Shown: positions 28,144-39,502, counted from the stretch's first letter. The stretch: 64,000 bases of DNA from Myxococcales bacterium (GCA_043747615.1 JAYTOU010000003.1:32001-96000), one strand, 5' to 3'. Program-made: numbers and translations. Notes: generated by a model not told the origin, from the sequence alone.

Positions 28144-28353
28144 CGGACAACCGCCAACGTCCAGCCGAGAATTCTCGATAACTACCGGGGGGTGTGGACC
28201 CGGGTTCACGCATCCTGTGGACGGTGCGTCATGGCGGCAGCGCGTCGCCGGGGCAGGACCGACCAGAGGCGCGGCAAGATCGGGACGGGCGTGGTTCTGG
28301 CGAGAAGTGCGAATCGAGACGTGGTAGCGTCGCACGCGGGATTATAGCGAGCG

Positions 28354-30585
28354 ATGTACGTCAAATGCGAGCGCTGCCAGACGGAATACGAGTTCGACGA
28401 CGCGCTCGTCAGCGAGCGGGGAACGACCGTCAAGTGCACCAATTGCGGTCATCAGTTCAAAGTTCGACGCGAGGCAAAGGCCGGTAGTGCGTCGGGCGAG
28501 GACCGCTGGGTCGTCACCACGGCCGGCGGAAAAGATCTCGTTTTTACGTCGTTGAAGGAGTTGCAGCGGGCCATCCTCGCCAAGATAGTGGGGCGCGCGG
28601 ACACCCTGGCGCGGGGCGACACGCCCCCCAGACCGCTAGGTTCCATTGCGGAGCTGACCCCCTTCTTCGACGAGAAGCGCGCGCGCGCGGCATCCGCGTC
28701 CGATGCTGCGGAAGGAGAGCCTGGCGGCATGCGCAAGCCCATGCGGACGCTCCCGTCGCGCCCTCCTCCTCCGCCCGGGACGGCGCCTCCCGGTCTCGCT
28801 CCGCCAAAGCGAACGATGCGTTCGGATCCACCGCCGCTGCGACCGAGGATCGAGACCCTCCGTCCACCCGATGGGCTCGGAGCCGCAGTGCCCCCGCCGC
28901 CGCTCGTTCCGCGGATCACCGCGGGCGACAGTGCCGTCTCGGCGCTTGCCCGGACCGTCGCCGCAGCTTCTCCCCCTGAGGCCGCGAGACCGATCACGCC
29001 GAGCGCGGCTGAGCCATTCGTGGAGCGCGGATCGACGAAGATCGGAATGGCCGCAGGAATCCAGGTGCCGAACCGCGCTCCTCACTTCGAGGTCCCGGCC
29101 GATCCTACGCAGCCGCTCTATGGAGGACGCGTGCGTCCGCCGGTGCCGAACCGAGCGCGCGAAGAGGATCTGATCGAAGTCACCTCACCGCTTCCGCTTC
29201 CGACGCGCCCCTACCGCCGATCGATGCCGTCCGACTACGACGAGTCAGACGCCATGCGCGGACCGAGCGCGTCAGCCCCTCCGTCGTTTCCAGAGTCGCG
29301 CCGGCGGGTCGGTGGCTGGGTCGTCGCGGCCGTCCTTCTGCTTGGCGTCGGGGCTCTCAGCGCGGTCGTCGGAAAGCCTTATTTGGAGCGCCTTTCGAAG
29401 CCGGCGGCGGCACATGCGCCGCTCGACGCGCGCGCCCAGGGTTTTTTGAGCGCCGGCGAAAGTGCGCTCGGCGGAGGCGATCTCGACCTCGCAAAAGAGA
29501 ACTTCGACAAGGCGAGCGTCCTCGTCGAGAAAGATCCGCGCGTCCTCCTGGCGGTGGCTCGCCTCGCCGCGGCCCGCGCAGACGTACCGTGGTTGAAGCA
29601 GCGCCTCCTTCCGGAAGGCGCCGAGGAGATGCGGCCCAACCGTCAGCTCCTTGAAGATCTGGCGAGTAAGGCAAAAAAGGCAGCCGACGACGCGATCGCC
29701 GTTGCCGCGCCGGACGATCCCATCGGGATGCGCGCGAAGGTGGACGCGCTTCGCATCGCTGGCGATCGAGACGCGGCGCGCGCTCTCGTTGGGCGGGTGG
29801 CGGTGAACGCTTCTCAGCCAGAGACGGCATACGTGCTCGGTGCGCTCGATCTTGCGGAGCTCGACCCGCCCTGGCCGGTCGTGATCGAGCGGCTCCGCGC
29901 AGCAGCCGCAGGCGAGGGCACGGCGGGGCGGGCGCGCGCGGCACTGGTCTATGCGCTGGCCCGATCGGGCGACACCGCAAGCGCAAGCGCCGAGCTCGAT
30001 CGCCTGATTTTCCAGGCCAAACCGCACACGCTCGTTCCTTACCTGCGCTCGTTCGTCGATCGCACGAAGGCGTCCAAAGGGGACGGCGGTGCACCGCTAC
30101 CGACCGTCGACGTCAACAAGCTTCCCGTACAGGCCGCGGCGGCCAACGGAGGCGGAGGCAACGGAGGCGGAGGAGCCACAGGAGGCGCAGTCGCCGCGGC
30201 GGGCGCGAACATACCAAGCGATCCGCGCGTGATCCTCCAGATGGCGGAGTCTGCGAAGGGCAGAAACGACCTTCCGCGCGCGCGTGCCCTCTTCGAAGCG
30301 GCGGTTGCCAAGAACGCAGGCGACTCCGAAGCCCTCGCAGGCCTAGGCGATGTCTCCCATGCTGAGAAAGATCTCCCTGGCGCGCAGACTTTTTACCGTC
30401 GGGCGCTCGCGGCGAACCCTACGTACCTTCCTGCGCTCGTCGGGCTGGGAGACGTGCAATGGGAGTCGGGGGATCGGGCGACCGCCCAAAAGACATACAA
30501 GGACGTCGTGGATCGATTCCCCGAGGGCTCCTATCCACCACGCGCGAAGCAACGCTCCGAGCCGGATTCGTCAGGGACTCCATGA
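28354..30585 (+). CDS. zinc-ribbon (MJ0042-like) / Pro-rich / TM / TPR protein
   Basis: MYVKCERCQTEY...VKCTNCGHQF; Pro-rich linker; TM; C-terminal TPRs. Confidence 0.88.
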   Translation: MYVKCERCQTEYEFDDALVSERGTTVKCTNCGHQFKVRREAKAGSASGEDRWVVTTAGGKDLVFTSLKELQRAILAKIVGRADTLARGDTPPRPLGSIAELTPFFDEKRARAASASDAAEGEPGGMRKPMRTLPSRPPPPPGTAPPGLAPPKRTMRSDPPPLRPRIETLRPPDGLGAAVPPPPLVPRITAGDSAVSALARTVAAASPPEAARPITPSAAEPFVERGSTKIGMAAGIQVPNRAPHFEVPADPTQPLYGGRVRPPVPNRAREEDLIEVTSPLPLPTRPYRRSMPSDYDESDAMRGPSASAPPSFPESRRRVGGWVVAAVLLLGVGALSAVVGKPYLERLSKPAAAHAPLDARAQGFLSAGESALGGGDLDLAKENFDKASVLVEKDPRVLLAVARLAAARADVPWLKQRLLPEGAEEMRPNRQLLEDLASKAKKAADDAIAVAAPDDPIGMRAKVDALRIAGDRDAARALVGRVAVNASQPETAYVLGALDLAELDPPWPVVIERLRAAAAGEGTAGRARAALVYALARSGDTASASAELDRLIFQAKPHTLVPYLRSFVDRTKASKGDGGAPLPTVDVNKLPVQAAAANGGGGNGGGGATGGAVAAAGANIPSDPRVILQMAESAKGRNDLPRARALFEAAVAKNAGDSEALAGLGDVSHAEKDLPGAQTFYRRALAANPTYLPALVGLGDVQWESGDRATAQKTYKDVVDRFPEGSYPPRAKQRSEPDSSGTP

Positions 30586-32408
30586 CCAACGACAAGACGT
30601 TTCATTTCACGCGCACCATGGCCGCGGCCGCGGTCGTCCTCGCCCTCGGTGCCGGTTGCAAAGGCCGCCCCAAAGCCGAAGGCGCAGCGGGCGCCGAGCC
30701 AGAGAAGACGAGTGGCCCGGAGATCGCAGTCCTCGACGTGAGCGGCGGAATCGCCGAGCAGAGCCCGACGAGCCTCTTCGGGCCTCAGCACAAACACAGC
30801 TTCGACGAGCTTCTGCGCGTGATTCAGCGCGTGGCGAAGGACAAGGACACCCGCGGCGTGATGGTGCGCTTCGGCTCGACCAGCTTCGGTCTTGCCCGCG
30901 CCGAAGAGCTCGGAGCGGCGCTCGCCGAGCTCCGCAAAGACAAGCCCGTTTTTTGCCACGCCGACGACTTCACCAACGCCACGTTCTATGCGGCAGCCCG
31001 CGCGTGCTCCAAGATTTTCGTCTCCCCCGCAGGCGAGGTCGAGGCCATCGGGATCGCAGCGCAGGTCGTCTACATGCGCAAGCTTCTCGCCGACGAGCTC
31101 CACCTCAACATCGATTTCTTGCAGGTGGGAAAGTTCAAAGGGGCGGAAGAACCGATCACCCGTGACGGTCCGAGCGACGAAGCGCGCGCATCACTGGAAG
31201 CGGTGCTCGTGGACACGCGTTCCGCATGGCTGGACGGCATTCGCACGGGGCGCGGAAATCCCCAGGTCGCGATCGCAGTGGAAGACGGTCCATACGCTGC
31301 GCCCAAGGCAAAAGAGAAGGGCTTGATCGACGAAGTCGGTTACTTCGATGACGCCCGCGACGCGGAGAAAAAGGCCACCGGCGCCGTTCGCGACGAGGTT
31401 CGTTTCGGAGGAAGCAAGGACTCCGATGCTCCCGAAGATCTAGGCGACCTCGTTCGCCAGCTTGCCGGAGAGGCGGGCGGCGGCGCTCCGATCGCCCTCA
31501 TCCGTGCGTCGGGAAGCATAGGCATGGGAGGCGGTGGCGGCCTGTTCGGCGGCAGCGGGGGGATCACCGAGAAGGAGCTCGGAAAAATTCTCCGACGCGT
31601 CGAGAAAGACGACAACATCAAGGCCGTCGTGCTCCGCATCGATTCGCCTGGCGGAAGCGCTCTTGCCAGCGATCTACTCTGGCATGGTCTCATGCGGATT
31701 CGCGCCAAGAAGCCGATCGTCGTGAGCGTCGGAGACATGGCTGCGAGCGGCGGCTACTACCTGGCCTCCACCGGAACCGTGATCTTCGCAGACGCCACCA
31801 GCATCGTCGGCTCGATCGGCGTCGTCGGCGGAAAGATCGGCGTTGGCGACGCGCTCGAGAAGATCGGCGTTCATGTGGTCACCTTCCCCGCCGACAAGGG
31901 AAACGAAAGGGCGGCCCACCGCGCTGCCGCCTCGTCGCCGCTCGTCGGTTGGGACGACGAGACCCGCGCACGCGTCTTCGAAAGCATGACAGCAATCTAC
32001 GATCTCTTTTTGCGGCGCGTGTCCGAAGGGCGAAAGATGCCCGTGGAGAAGGTCGCGGCTTCCGCGGAGGGCCGCATTTTCACCGGTCGCGAGGGCAAGG
32101 CCCGCGGTCTCGTCGATGAGCTCGGAGGCCTCTCAATGGCCATCGCCAAGGCACGTGAGCTCGCCAAGGTCGCCGACGACGCCGCCGTCGTGGTGATGGA
32201 GAACAAGCCGAAGCTTTTCGACGCCCTCGGAGGCGGCGGGGGCCAGCAAGGCGAAAGCGCGGGCCCACTTTCGAGCCGTGCACCCTCGATCATCGACCTT
32301 CTTGCCCGCGCCGCCCCTGACCTCGTTCCGTTCGTGGAAGGCCTCGGTCCGCTGGCCGAAGGGGAGCGGGGGGTCACTGCCCTGCCCTATGCCCTAAAAA
32401 TCCGCTGA
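30582..32408 (+). CDS. sppA: signal peptide peptidase SppA (S49, two-domain)
   Basis: GKFKGA (Lys), AVVLRIDSPGGSALASD, MAASGGYY (Ser), GSIGV, AEGRIFTG; ATGA overlap. Confidence 0.9.
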   Translation: MTNDKTFHFTRTMAAAAVVLALGAGCKGRPKAEGAAGAEPEKTSGPEIAVLDVSGGIAEQSPTSLFGPQHKHSFDELLRVIQRVAKDKDTRGVMVRFGSTSFGLARAEELGAALAELRKDKPVFCHADDFTNATFYAAARACSKIFVSPAGEVEAIGIAAQVVYMRKLLADELHLNIDFLQVGKFKGAEEPITRDGPSDEARASLEAVLVDTRSAWLDGIRTGRGNPQVAIAVEDGPYAAPKAKEKGLIDEVGYFDDARDAEKKATGAVRDEVRFGGSKDSDAPEDLGDLVRQLAGEAGGGAPIALIRASGSIGMGGGGGLFGGSGGITEKELGKILRRVEKDDNIKAVVLRIDSPGGSALASDLLWHGLMRIRAKKPIVVSVGDMAASGGYYLASTGTVIFADATSIVGSIGVVGGKIGVGDALEKIGVHVVTFPADKGNERAAHRAAASSPLVGWDDETRARVFESMTAIYDLFLRRVSEGRKMPVEKVAASAEGRIFTGREGKARGLVDELGGLSMAIAKARELAKVADDAAVVVMENKPKLFDALGGGGGQQGESAGPLSSRAPSIIDLLARAAPDLVPFVEGLGPLAEGERGVTALPYALKIR

Positions 32409-32440
32409 CGGGCTCGCGGCTCAGATAGATTGGGGGGACC

Positions 32441-35400
32441 GTGGAAGATCCCACACGTGAGGACCCGACGAACATCGACGGTGCTCTGGCGCGCGTCACT
32501 CTGGCGCCGCCGGAGTGGACCGGTCGGACGCCCGTGCGAAAGGAGGAACGCGGGAGCGCACAGCCTGCGGCCATCAGCCGACGCACGGGCGCGAAGGCCG
32601 AAGAAGCGGCGCTCCGTGCGGCGCTCGATGATGCGCGCGCCGATGTCAGCGTGGAAGACGAGCGGATCCTCTGCGTCGAGCTTGCGCGCTTCCTAGCCTC
32701 ACGCGGCAGGGATCTCGACGAGGCAACTTCGCTCGCGCTGCGCGCCCTCCGCATGAACGACGGCGGGCTCACTTCGTTCGACGCGACGTGGTCGACGACC
32801 TCGGACGCCGAGCTGCGACGCGAGCTCTCCAACTGGCTCGAGAGCCTTGGAGAGGCCGGCCTCGCCGCAGCGGTCCTCCGTCCGATCGTCGAGTCGACCG
32901 GGGAACCGGCATTGGCTGCCGCTGTCCTCGTGCGCGTCGGGGTGTTGCATGCCCGTGCGGGTGACCCGTCTGGCGCCGGAGAAGCCTTCGAAGACGCGGC
33001 CCGTCTCGACCCAAGCGATGTCATCGCTCTCGAGCTTCGTGGGACGCTCGCGGCATGGGCGCCCGATGTCGTCACGTCGAGCTCGGCAGCGGTGTCGTAC
33101 GTGGATGCCGCGATTCGCCGGGGCGCTTCGAACGGCGACCCCGTGGAAGATCTTTTGCGCGCCTTCGAGGCCGATCCGATGAGCAGCGTGGCAACGTCCG
33201 AGCTCGCTTCGATCCTCAGCGCGCGCGGAAAAACAGGCGCGGCGGACGAATTCATGCGCGCCCACGGGCAGTCGTTCCGTGAGTCGGATCCCAAACGTGC
33301 GGCGCTGGTGCACGCCAGCCGACGAACGCAGGCGCTTGCCGCGGGCGACGTTCCGCGCGCACTCGGCGCGGCGTTCGACGAGCGCCTCGACGAAGTTTTC
33401 GAAGGTGAATCCGCGTCCGCGATGAACGAGCTCCTTCTTCGAGCTGGGCTCCATGAGCTGCTCGTGGCGCGACTCGAGGCGGCGGCGGAGCGCGCGCCAC
33501 GGGAGCAGCGGGGCCATCTCTACGAGGCGATAGCGCGCTTCTGTGCAGGCGCGCTCGCGCAGCCGGCACGCGCCGCTGCGAGCTACGTCGAAGTGGTCGC
33601 TGCGGATCCCGCGTCCGAGGAGGGGTTCGCGGCGCTGCGGGCCTACGCCGCCTCAAGTGGCGACGAAACGATGCTGGTCGAGGCGCTCGTCCGCGTTTCG
33701 CTGGCTCGGGGTGACGACTCCGACGCTGCCCGCTTGGTTAGCGCGCGGGCCCTCGAGTCGCTCGCTGAGGAGCGCTCACAAGCTGACCTCGCGGTTTTCG
33801 CAAGGGCCCAACGTGAACGGATCGAGCTCGGTCATCCGGCCGCGTCGAGCTCGGATCCGGATCCGGGTCACGCCCCGTCGATCTGGGTCAGCGCCCTCGT
33901 CGGCGAGGATTACACGGCACTTCGCCAGCTGGTGCGCGAGCGATTTCATCCTGCGCGACCCGTGGATCGTAAGTCCGAATCGCGTGCGTCGGCGCGTGTA
34001 ACCAGCGTGGCACTCGTCAACGCCGTCCTCGCGAGAGACGCCTTCACCTGCGCCGCCATGCTCGAGCAGATCGCCGATGCCACGACTCTGCAGCTTGGTT
34101 CCGTGCTCCTCGCGGTGGCCGCCGAGCGCTTCTGCGCCATCGGAGAGGACGCTCGCGGGCGCCACGTCGCCGAGCGCGCTTGCCAGGCCGACCCCACGCA
34201 CCCCCGGGCCGCGGCCACGCTCGCGTCGACGATCGCCGCGACGACTGATCGCATCACGGCCTCCGCGCTCGAACGCGCGATCTCGCTCGTTGGCGGCCGC
34301 GGTGAGTGGTGCGCGCGCCTCGCCGATGTGCTCGAGTTCCTCGGCGAGCTCGACTACGCGGTCGCGTGGACACAACGATACGTCGCGCTTCGCCCCGGTG
34401 ATCGCGCGGCTACCGAGATCTTGATCAATCGCGTGGTGCGCGCGAACGACGGAAAGCGCCTCGGCGACACGCTGGCTTGGGTTCTCTCCCAACCGCAACC
34501 CGCCGCGCCTCTTTCCGAGATCGTTGCGCTCGGACTGACCGAGCTTGCCGCGCTCGATCGCGATCGCGCCTTGATTGTAGGGCGCCGCGCACTCGATGTC
34601 TTCGGGCCACACAATCCGTCGCTGCGGTCGACGATCCTCGCCGCTGCCGATGCGGCCGACGACGATGGCCTCGCTACCGCGGTGATCGAGCGTTGGATCG
34701 CAGCGGGAGCCAAAGCGGACGAGCGCAAGGAGCTCTTCGTGTCCCTCGCGGACCGGCGAGCCAAGCGTGGCGATCACGAAGGCGAGGCGCGCGCGATCGT
34801 TCGTGCACTGCGCGCAGGCGCCGATCCGAGACCGCTCGAAGATCGGATCATCGCGCTGCGCAGTCATCCGCTGAGTGGCGACGGCGAGCTCGCCCAGGCC
34901 GAGTCGCGCGCGATCTGCCTCACGGCAAGCGGGGACACGGCTCAAGCCGCGCAATCGTGGCGAAACTTTGGTGCAGCGCTGTGGGATCTCGCAGGTGACC
35001 GGCGCGGCGCCGTGGCGGCCTGGCTGCGCGCCGCCGAGCTGGCCCCCAAACGCGGGTACTTCACGCTCGGAATGGACATCGCGAAATTTGCAGACTCACG
35101 CTTCGCGGTGACCTGTTTAAGCGACCTCGTGGTGAAGGAAAAAGATCGCGCGCGGGCAGGCGCGATCGCAGCGGAGGCGGCTCGGGCTGCGCTTGCGATC
35201 GGCGAGCCTCTCAAGGCTTTCGAGCTTGCGTCTCTCGCGCTCGAGCGAACGCCTGAGCACACCGACGCGCTCGAAATTGCCGAGCATGGCGCAGTGGGCG
35301 CCGGACAGCCCAAGGCGATGTCGGCCCTCTATGACGCGATGGGCAAGCGTGCCCTCGGCCGCTATGGGTGCCGCGCCGCGCATTACCGAGGTGCGCGTTT

Positions 35401-38400
35401 CTTCGAGCAGCATGGAGATCCGAAGCTCGCTCTGAAGCACGCGGCGAGCGCGTTCTCCGCCGTGCCTTCGGAGGGGGCGACCCTGGTGCTCCTGTCACGC
35501 ACGGCCGATCGCGCCGACGATCGCGCGTACGCGGTGCGCACGATCGAAGGGGTAGCGGACGTCGCGCGCTCTACCGGTGCACGTGCGGCTTGGCTTCTGC
35601 GCGCTGCGCAGGTAGCTGCGCCCGGTGGAGAAGGCGCACGCCAACGCGTCGACATTCTCCTGCGCGCTTCGCTCCTCGCGCCAGACCTCGCAACGCTGTT
35701 CCTCCTCGGAGATGCGGCGCGTCAGCTCATGCGCGACCTTCCCGAAGAGTCCGATGCTCTCGCCTTTCGGGTTGCGAATGCGAGCCGCATGCTCACGGCG
35801 AAGGTGGAAGGCCCCGACGGCGCGCGCGTGGCGATCGCTCTGGCCTCGCTCTCCCTCGAGCTCTTCGCCGACAACGAAGGTGCGCTCGCTGCCCTCTCCC
35901 GCGCGCTCGGAGCGGACGCCGATCTCGAAGAGTACGCCGCGCTGATCGTCCACGCCGAGGTGCTGACCGCCGCGGAGGGCATCACGGAGTTCTTGGATCA
36001 TGCAGTCGCGCTCATCGAGCGACCCTATTCGAACGTCGGAGTGGGGGCACTCAAGCTCCTCGCGAGGATCGCAGGTGCGCGCGGCGACTCGGCTCTAAAA
36101 GGTAAGCTGACGGTGTACGCGGCGGAGCGAGAGCCGGAGGACGCGGCCCTCGTCGTCGCGGCGGACGAAGCCGTGCAAGGCCTCGGCGATACCGCTCTCA
36201 CAGCACGACTCGACAAGAAGGTGCCACGCGACGAGCGCGCGGAGATCCTTCGCCTCTTTGCGCGGGAGCAAGCAGAAGACGAGGTGGCCCTGGCGGCCCT
36301 CGAGCGCGCGCTCGTCCTCGTCGCACCGGATGGACGCGAAGCTATCGAACGTGACATTCGGTCGATCTACGAGCGTGCCGGCCGCGGGGACGAGCTCGAA
36401 CGCCGTGCCCTGCGCGAAGCCAAGACCGCCGACATCCCCACCCAAACCCGCGCCGAGCGTTTCGTCGAGGTGGCTCAAATTCGAGAGGAGCGGCAAGAGC
36501 ATGCGGGTGCGGCCGAGGCCCTGCTCGAAGCCGCGCGGCTCGATCCGGAGCCGCTCACGCATTGGAGCGCGCTCGAGCGTGTCTCGGAGCTCGGCGGCCT
36601 CAACGAGTTCAGGGTCGTTGCGTTGAAAGCGATCGAAGCCCGGGTCGCGCCCGACGCCCGGCCCGCCGTGCTGCGCCGTCTTGCGCGGGCCCACGAGGAC
36701 GTAGGCGACGCCGAAGCCGCGACGGAAGCGCTCGAAAAGCTCCTCGCGATGGCCCCCGGCGACGACGACGCGGATCACGAGATCGAGGCTCTGATCGTCG
36801 CTCGCGGCGACTACGCAAAGCTCGTTCAACACCTTGCCCGCCGCGCAGATCGCCTCTCGCTCCCGCCCAACGACGATCGTGATTCGGTGCGCGCTCTTTG
36901 CCTGCGGCGCGCGGCGATCCTCGAGCAGCGCCTCGGCTTGGTCGCGGAGGCGTGCAGCGAGCTCGAGCGGCTTCGCGAGGAGTGGCCAGACAACGAGAGC
37001 GTGCTCCGCTATCTGGCCGATTTGTACGAGCGCTCGGGACAGATGGATCTCGCGGGGAGCATCTGGCGGCACCTGTCGGGGCTTGCGCAAGGGCCGGAGA
37101 CACAGAGCAACCTGGAGCTGCGCGCCGCGTTCGCTCTCCGCGATGCCCGAGATTTTCCTGCCGCGTTCATGATGGTGAAGGAGCTCCTCGGTCACGGTCG
37201 CCGCGACCCGCCGGTGCTCGAGCTGTGGGCCGATCTCGCGCGTGCGCTCATGGATGATCGCGAGCTCGGTAATGCGCTCGAAGCGCGTGCTCAGCACACC
37301 GACGCGGACGCGCACGCGCGCGCCGAGCTCTGGGTGGAGGCCGCTCAGGCTGCGGCGCGCATTGGAGAGACAGCCATCTCGCTCGCGCGCGCACAGCAGG
37401 CCGCAGAGGTCGAGCCAGGCCGCGCATCGACGCAGCTCTTCGCGCGGGGCCTCGAATACAGGGTTCGCGGAGCAGGCGCTCTCGAGGAAGCGCAGCACAC
37501 GATCGATCAGCTCTCGGGGATCGACGGAACGCTCGACGCGGAGGACGCGTCGCTGCGTACGTTCCTCATCGCAGAGGCGCTGACCGTCGTCGGCGCAGGC
37601 GACACCTCGCTCACGAAGCTCACCGAAGCGTACGCCGAGCTCGGCGCGCAGCCGCTCATCGCCCTCGGGATGGCGGAGCGTCTCATCTCCGCGAACCGTT
37701 TCTCGGCGGCGGTTCCCTTCTTCCAGGCTGCTCTCGACGGCAACCTTCTCGGATTTCGTTCACGCGGAGTGGTGGCCCTCGCCGGTGCCGACGCGGCGGT
37801 CCGCTGCGATCAAACGTCCGTGGCGCTGCGCATGCTCGACGAGGCGACGTTCGACGACGACACGCGGATCACGGCCCTCAAGCGGACGGCCCATCTCGCC
37901 GCGTCTCTCGGCGACGTCGTGCGGTCGCGCGCGGTCCTCATGGAAATCGCGCGCTCCGGGAACACCGAGGACCGCGCCGTGACCCTCGCCCAGCTCGGAC
38001 GCATGCTGTACGGATCGGGCGACACGCGCGATCACGTGGAAGCAGAGCGCGCGTTCTTGGAGGCCATCGATGCCGCGCCTGTGGAAAGCGTCCTGCACGC
38101 GCAGCTGATGGCCGAGCTCGCCACCCTCCGCGGTCGCGCGTCGCTCTATCCCCCGATCTCGGAGCCGCCTCCGGCCGATGCGACGAAGCCCTCAGCGCAG
38201 AGTCCGGCGTACGCCAAGGGAGCGTTTGGCCAGATCCGGGAAATCGCTGACTTCGAGCTCTCCGTCCGCAACGCGCCGGGAAAAGACGAACGGATCCAGG
38301 CCCGCCGCGCCTTGGCTCGCGCGCACGCCGAACGAGGCGCTACGCAGGCTGCCGAGGCCGTGCTCTGGGAGGCCCTCGGAGAAGGCTCGGTCGAAGCGGG

Positions 38401-39502
38401 CGACGATCTCGCGATCATCCTCGAAGGGAGCGATGCGCGGACGTCGGATCTCCTTCGCGCCCGCCAAATGCAAGCAGATCTCGTCCCGGGAGCACTTCGG
38501 CGATTGGAAGCTCTACGCGAGGCGGCTCTCGCCGATCACAACACCGCCTACGCCCGCGCCGTCGAGCATGTCACGCGTGCACTCGACCCAGGCGCCGGGC
38601 CGCTTCCTCCGCCGCCGCTCGCGGCGCAGAGCCATCAGCCGGGGATGCTCGCCGTCCTGACGCGACCATCGCAGGGGCCGATGTTCGAAGCCCTGTCGCT
38701 CGTGTGGGAGGCCGGACAGACGCTCTTCGCGCGCGATCCGGAGGAGTACACGCGGCCTGCCCCTGGAGGCGGAGCGGGGGCGGAGCAGGTCCTCGCGGGG
38801 GGAACGTCGCGGCTCTCGCGCCTCTACGAAGTGTCGACGAAGCTCCTCGAGACTCCGAAGATTCCCCTCTACTTGCAGAAGGGAACGGCGCGGCCCGCGG
38901 TGCAACTCGCGCTAGTCGCGCCTCCCTCGGCGCTTGTCGTTGGAGACGTACGCGAAGAGTCTCCGAGCTTGCGGTACGCGCTCGGTCAGGCGCTATCGGC
39001 GGCGCTGCCACAAAACGTTCTCCTGATGGGACTGCCTGAGCGCGACGGCCGGAGCATGTGGCGCGCAGTGCTCGGCGCGTTCGGTCCGCCGGGCTTCGGG
39101 CGTGAGCTCGATCTCGCGAGTGGGCGCCTCGCTGAATCGTTCTGGCAGTCTTTTCCGTCGAAGACCCAGCGCCGCTTGCAGGAGCTCCTGCGCGATGCGG
39201 TGGTCACTCAGTACGACGCGCTCGTCGAAGGGGCGCGGCAGAGCAGTCGGCGAACGGGCCTATTTTTGTCGGGTGATTTCAATCTCGCGGTGCGCAAAGT
39301 GCTCGACGAGCTCGACGTCCTCGATGCTCCGGCTCTGATCTCCGAGCTCGGTGTCGAGGGGTTGTGCGCGCGGTTCGGAGCGATCGCGGATCTCTTGCGC
39401 CTGGCGGCGAGCGCGGAGTACGCGGATGCGCGGTGGAGGCCACTGCCCCCCGCTTCGCAGCGCGGAAACTTGCTCCCGTCAGGCCGGTATAAATTCTCGT
39501 GA
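32441..39502 (+). CDS. very large TPR/helical-repeat protein (2353 aa)
   Basis: Uninterrupted Ala/Leu/Arg-rich helical repeats; C-terminal ...RRTGLFLSGDF..A...DLLRLAASAEY segment. Confidence 0.82.
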   Translation: MEDPTREDPTNIDGALARVTLAPPEWTGRTPVRKEERGSAQPAAISRRTGAKAEEAALRAALDDARADVSVEDERILCVELARFLASRGRDLDEATSLALRALRMNDGGLTSFDATWSTTSDAELRRELSNWLESLGEAGLAAAVLRPIVESTGEPALAAAVLVRVGVLHARAGDPSGAGEAFEDAARLDPSDVIALELRGTLAAWAPDVVTSSSAAVSYVDAAIRRGASNGDPVEDLLRAFEADPMSSVATSELASILSARGKTGAADEFMRAHGQSFRESDPKRAALVHASRRTQALAAGDVPRALGAAFDERLDEVFEGESASAMNELLLRAGLHELLVARLEAAAERAPREQRGHLYEAIARFCAGALAQPARAAASYVEVVAADPASEEGFAALRAYAASSGDETMLVEALVRVSLARGDDSDAARLVSARALESLAEERSQADLAVFARAQRERIELGHPAASSSDPDPGHAPSIWVSALVGEDYTALRQLVRERFHPARPVDRKSESRASARVTSVALVNAVLARDAFTCAAMLEQIADATTLQLGSVLLAVAAERFCAIGEDARGRHVAERACQADPTHPRAAATLASTIAATTDRITASALERAISLVGGRGEWCARLADVLEFLGELDYAVAWTQRYVALRPGDRAATEILINRVVRANDGKRLGDTLAWVLSQPQPAAPLSEIVALGLTELAALDRDRALIVGRRALDVFGPHNPSLRSTILAAADAADDDGLATAVIERWIAAGAKADERKELFVSLADRRAKRGDHEGEARAIVRALRAGADPRPLEDRIIALRSHPLSGDGELAQAESRAICLTASGDTAQAAQSWRNFGAALWDLAGDRRGAVAAWLRAAELAPKRGYFTLGMDIAKFADSRFAVTCLSDLVVKEKDRARAGAIAAEAARAALAIGEPLKAFELASLALERTPEHTDALEIAEHGAVGAGQPKAMSALYDAMGKRALGRYGCRAAHYRGARFFEQHGDPKLALKHAASAFSAVPSEGATLVLLSRTADRADDRAYAVRTIEGVADVARSTGARAAWLLRAAQVAAPGGEGARQRVDILLRASLLAPDLATLFLLGDAARQLMRDLPEESDALAFRVANASRMLTAKVEGPDGARVAIALASLSLELFADNEGALAALSRALGADADLEEYAALIVHAEVLTAAEGITEFLDHAVALIERPYSNVGVGALKLLARIAGARGDSALKGKLTVYAAEREPEDAALVVAADEAVQGLGDTALTARLDKKVPRDERAEILRLFAREQAEDEVALAALERALVLVAPDGREAIERDIRSIYERAGRGDELERRALREAKTADIPTQTRAERFVEVAQIREERQEHAGAAEALLEAARLDPEPLTHWSALERVSELGGLNEFRVVALKAIEARVAPDARPAVLRRLARAHEDVGDAEAATEALEKLLAMAPGDDDADHEIEALIVARGDYAKLVQHLARRADRLSLPPNDDRDSVRALCLRRAAILEQRLGLVAEACSELERLREEWPDNESVLRYLADLYERSGQMDLAGSIWRHLSGLAQGPETQSNLELRAAFALRDARDFPAAFMMVKELLGHGRRDPPVLELWADLARALMDDRELGNALEARAQHTDADAHARAELWVEAAQAAARIGETAISLARAQQAAEVEPGRASTQLFARGLEYRVRGAGALEEAQHTIDQLSGIDGTLDAEDASLRTFLIAEALTVVGAGDTSLTKLTEAYAELGAQPLIALGMAERLISANRFSAAVPFFQAALDGNLLGFRSRGVVALAGADAAVRCDQTSVALRMLDEATFDDDTRITALKRTAHLAASLGDVVRSRAVLMEIARSGNTEDRAVTLAQLGRMLYGSGDTRDHVEAERAFLEAIDAAPVESVLHAQLMAELATLRGRASLYPPISEPPPADATKPSAQSPAYAKGAFGQIREIADFELSVRNAPGKDERIQARRALARAHAERGATQAAEAVLWEALGEGSVEAGDDLAIILEGSDARTSDLLRARQMQADLVPGALRRLEALREAALADHNTAYARAVEHVTRALDPGAGPLPPPPLAAQSHQPGMLAVLTRPSQGPMFEALSLVWEAGQTLFARDPEEYTRPAPGGGAGAEQVLAGGTSRLSRLYEVSTKLLETPKIPLYLQKGTARPAVQLALVAPPSALVVGDVREESPSLRYALGQALSAALPQNVLLMGLPERDGRSMWRAVLGAFGPPGFGRELDLASGRLAESFWQSFPSKTQRRLQELLRDAVVTQYDALVEGARQSSRRTGLFLSGDFNLAVRKVLDELDVLDAPALISELGVEGLCARFGAIADLLRLAASAEYADARWRPLPPASQRGNLLPSGRYKFS

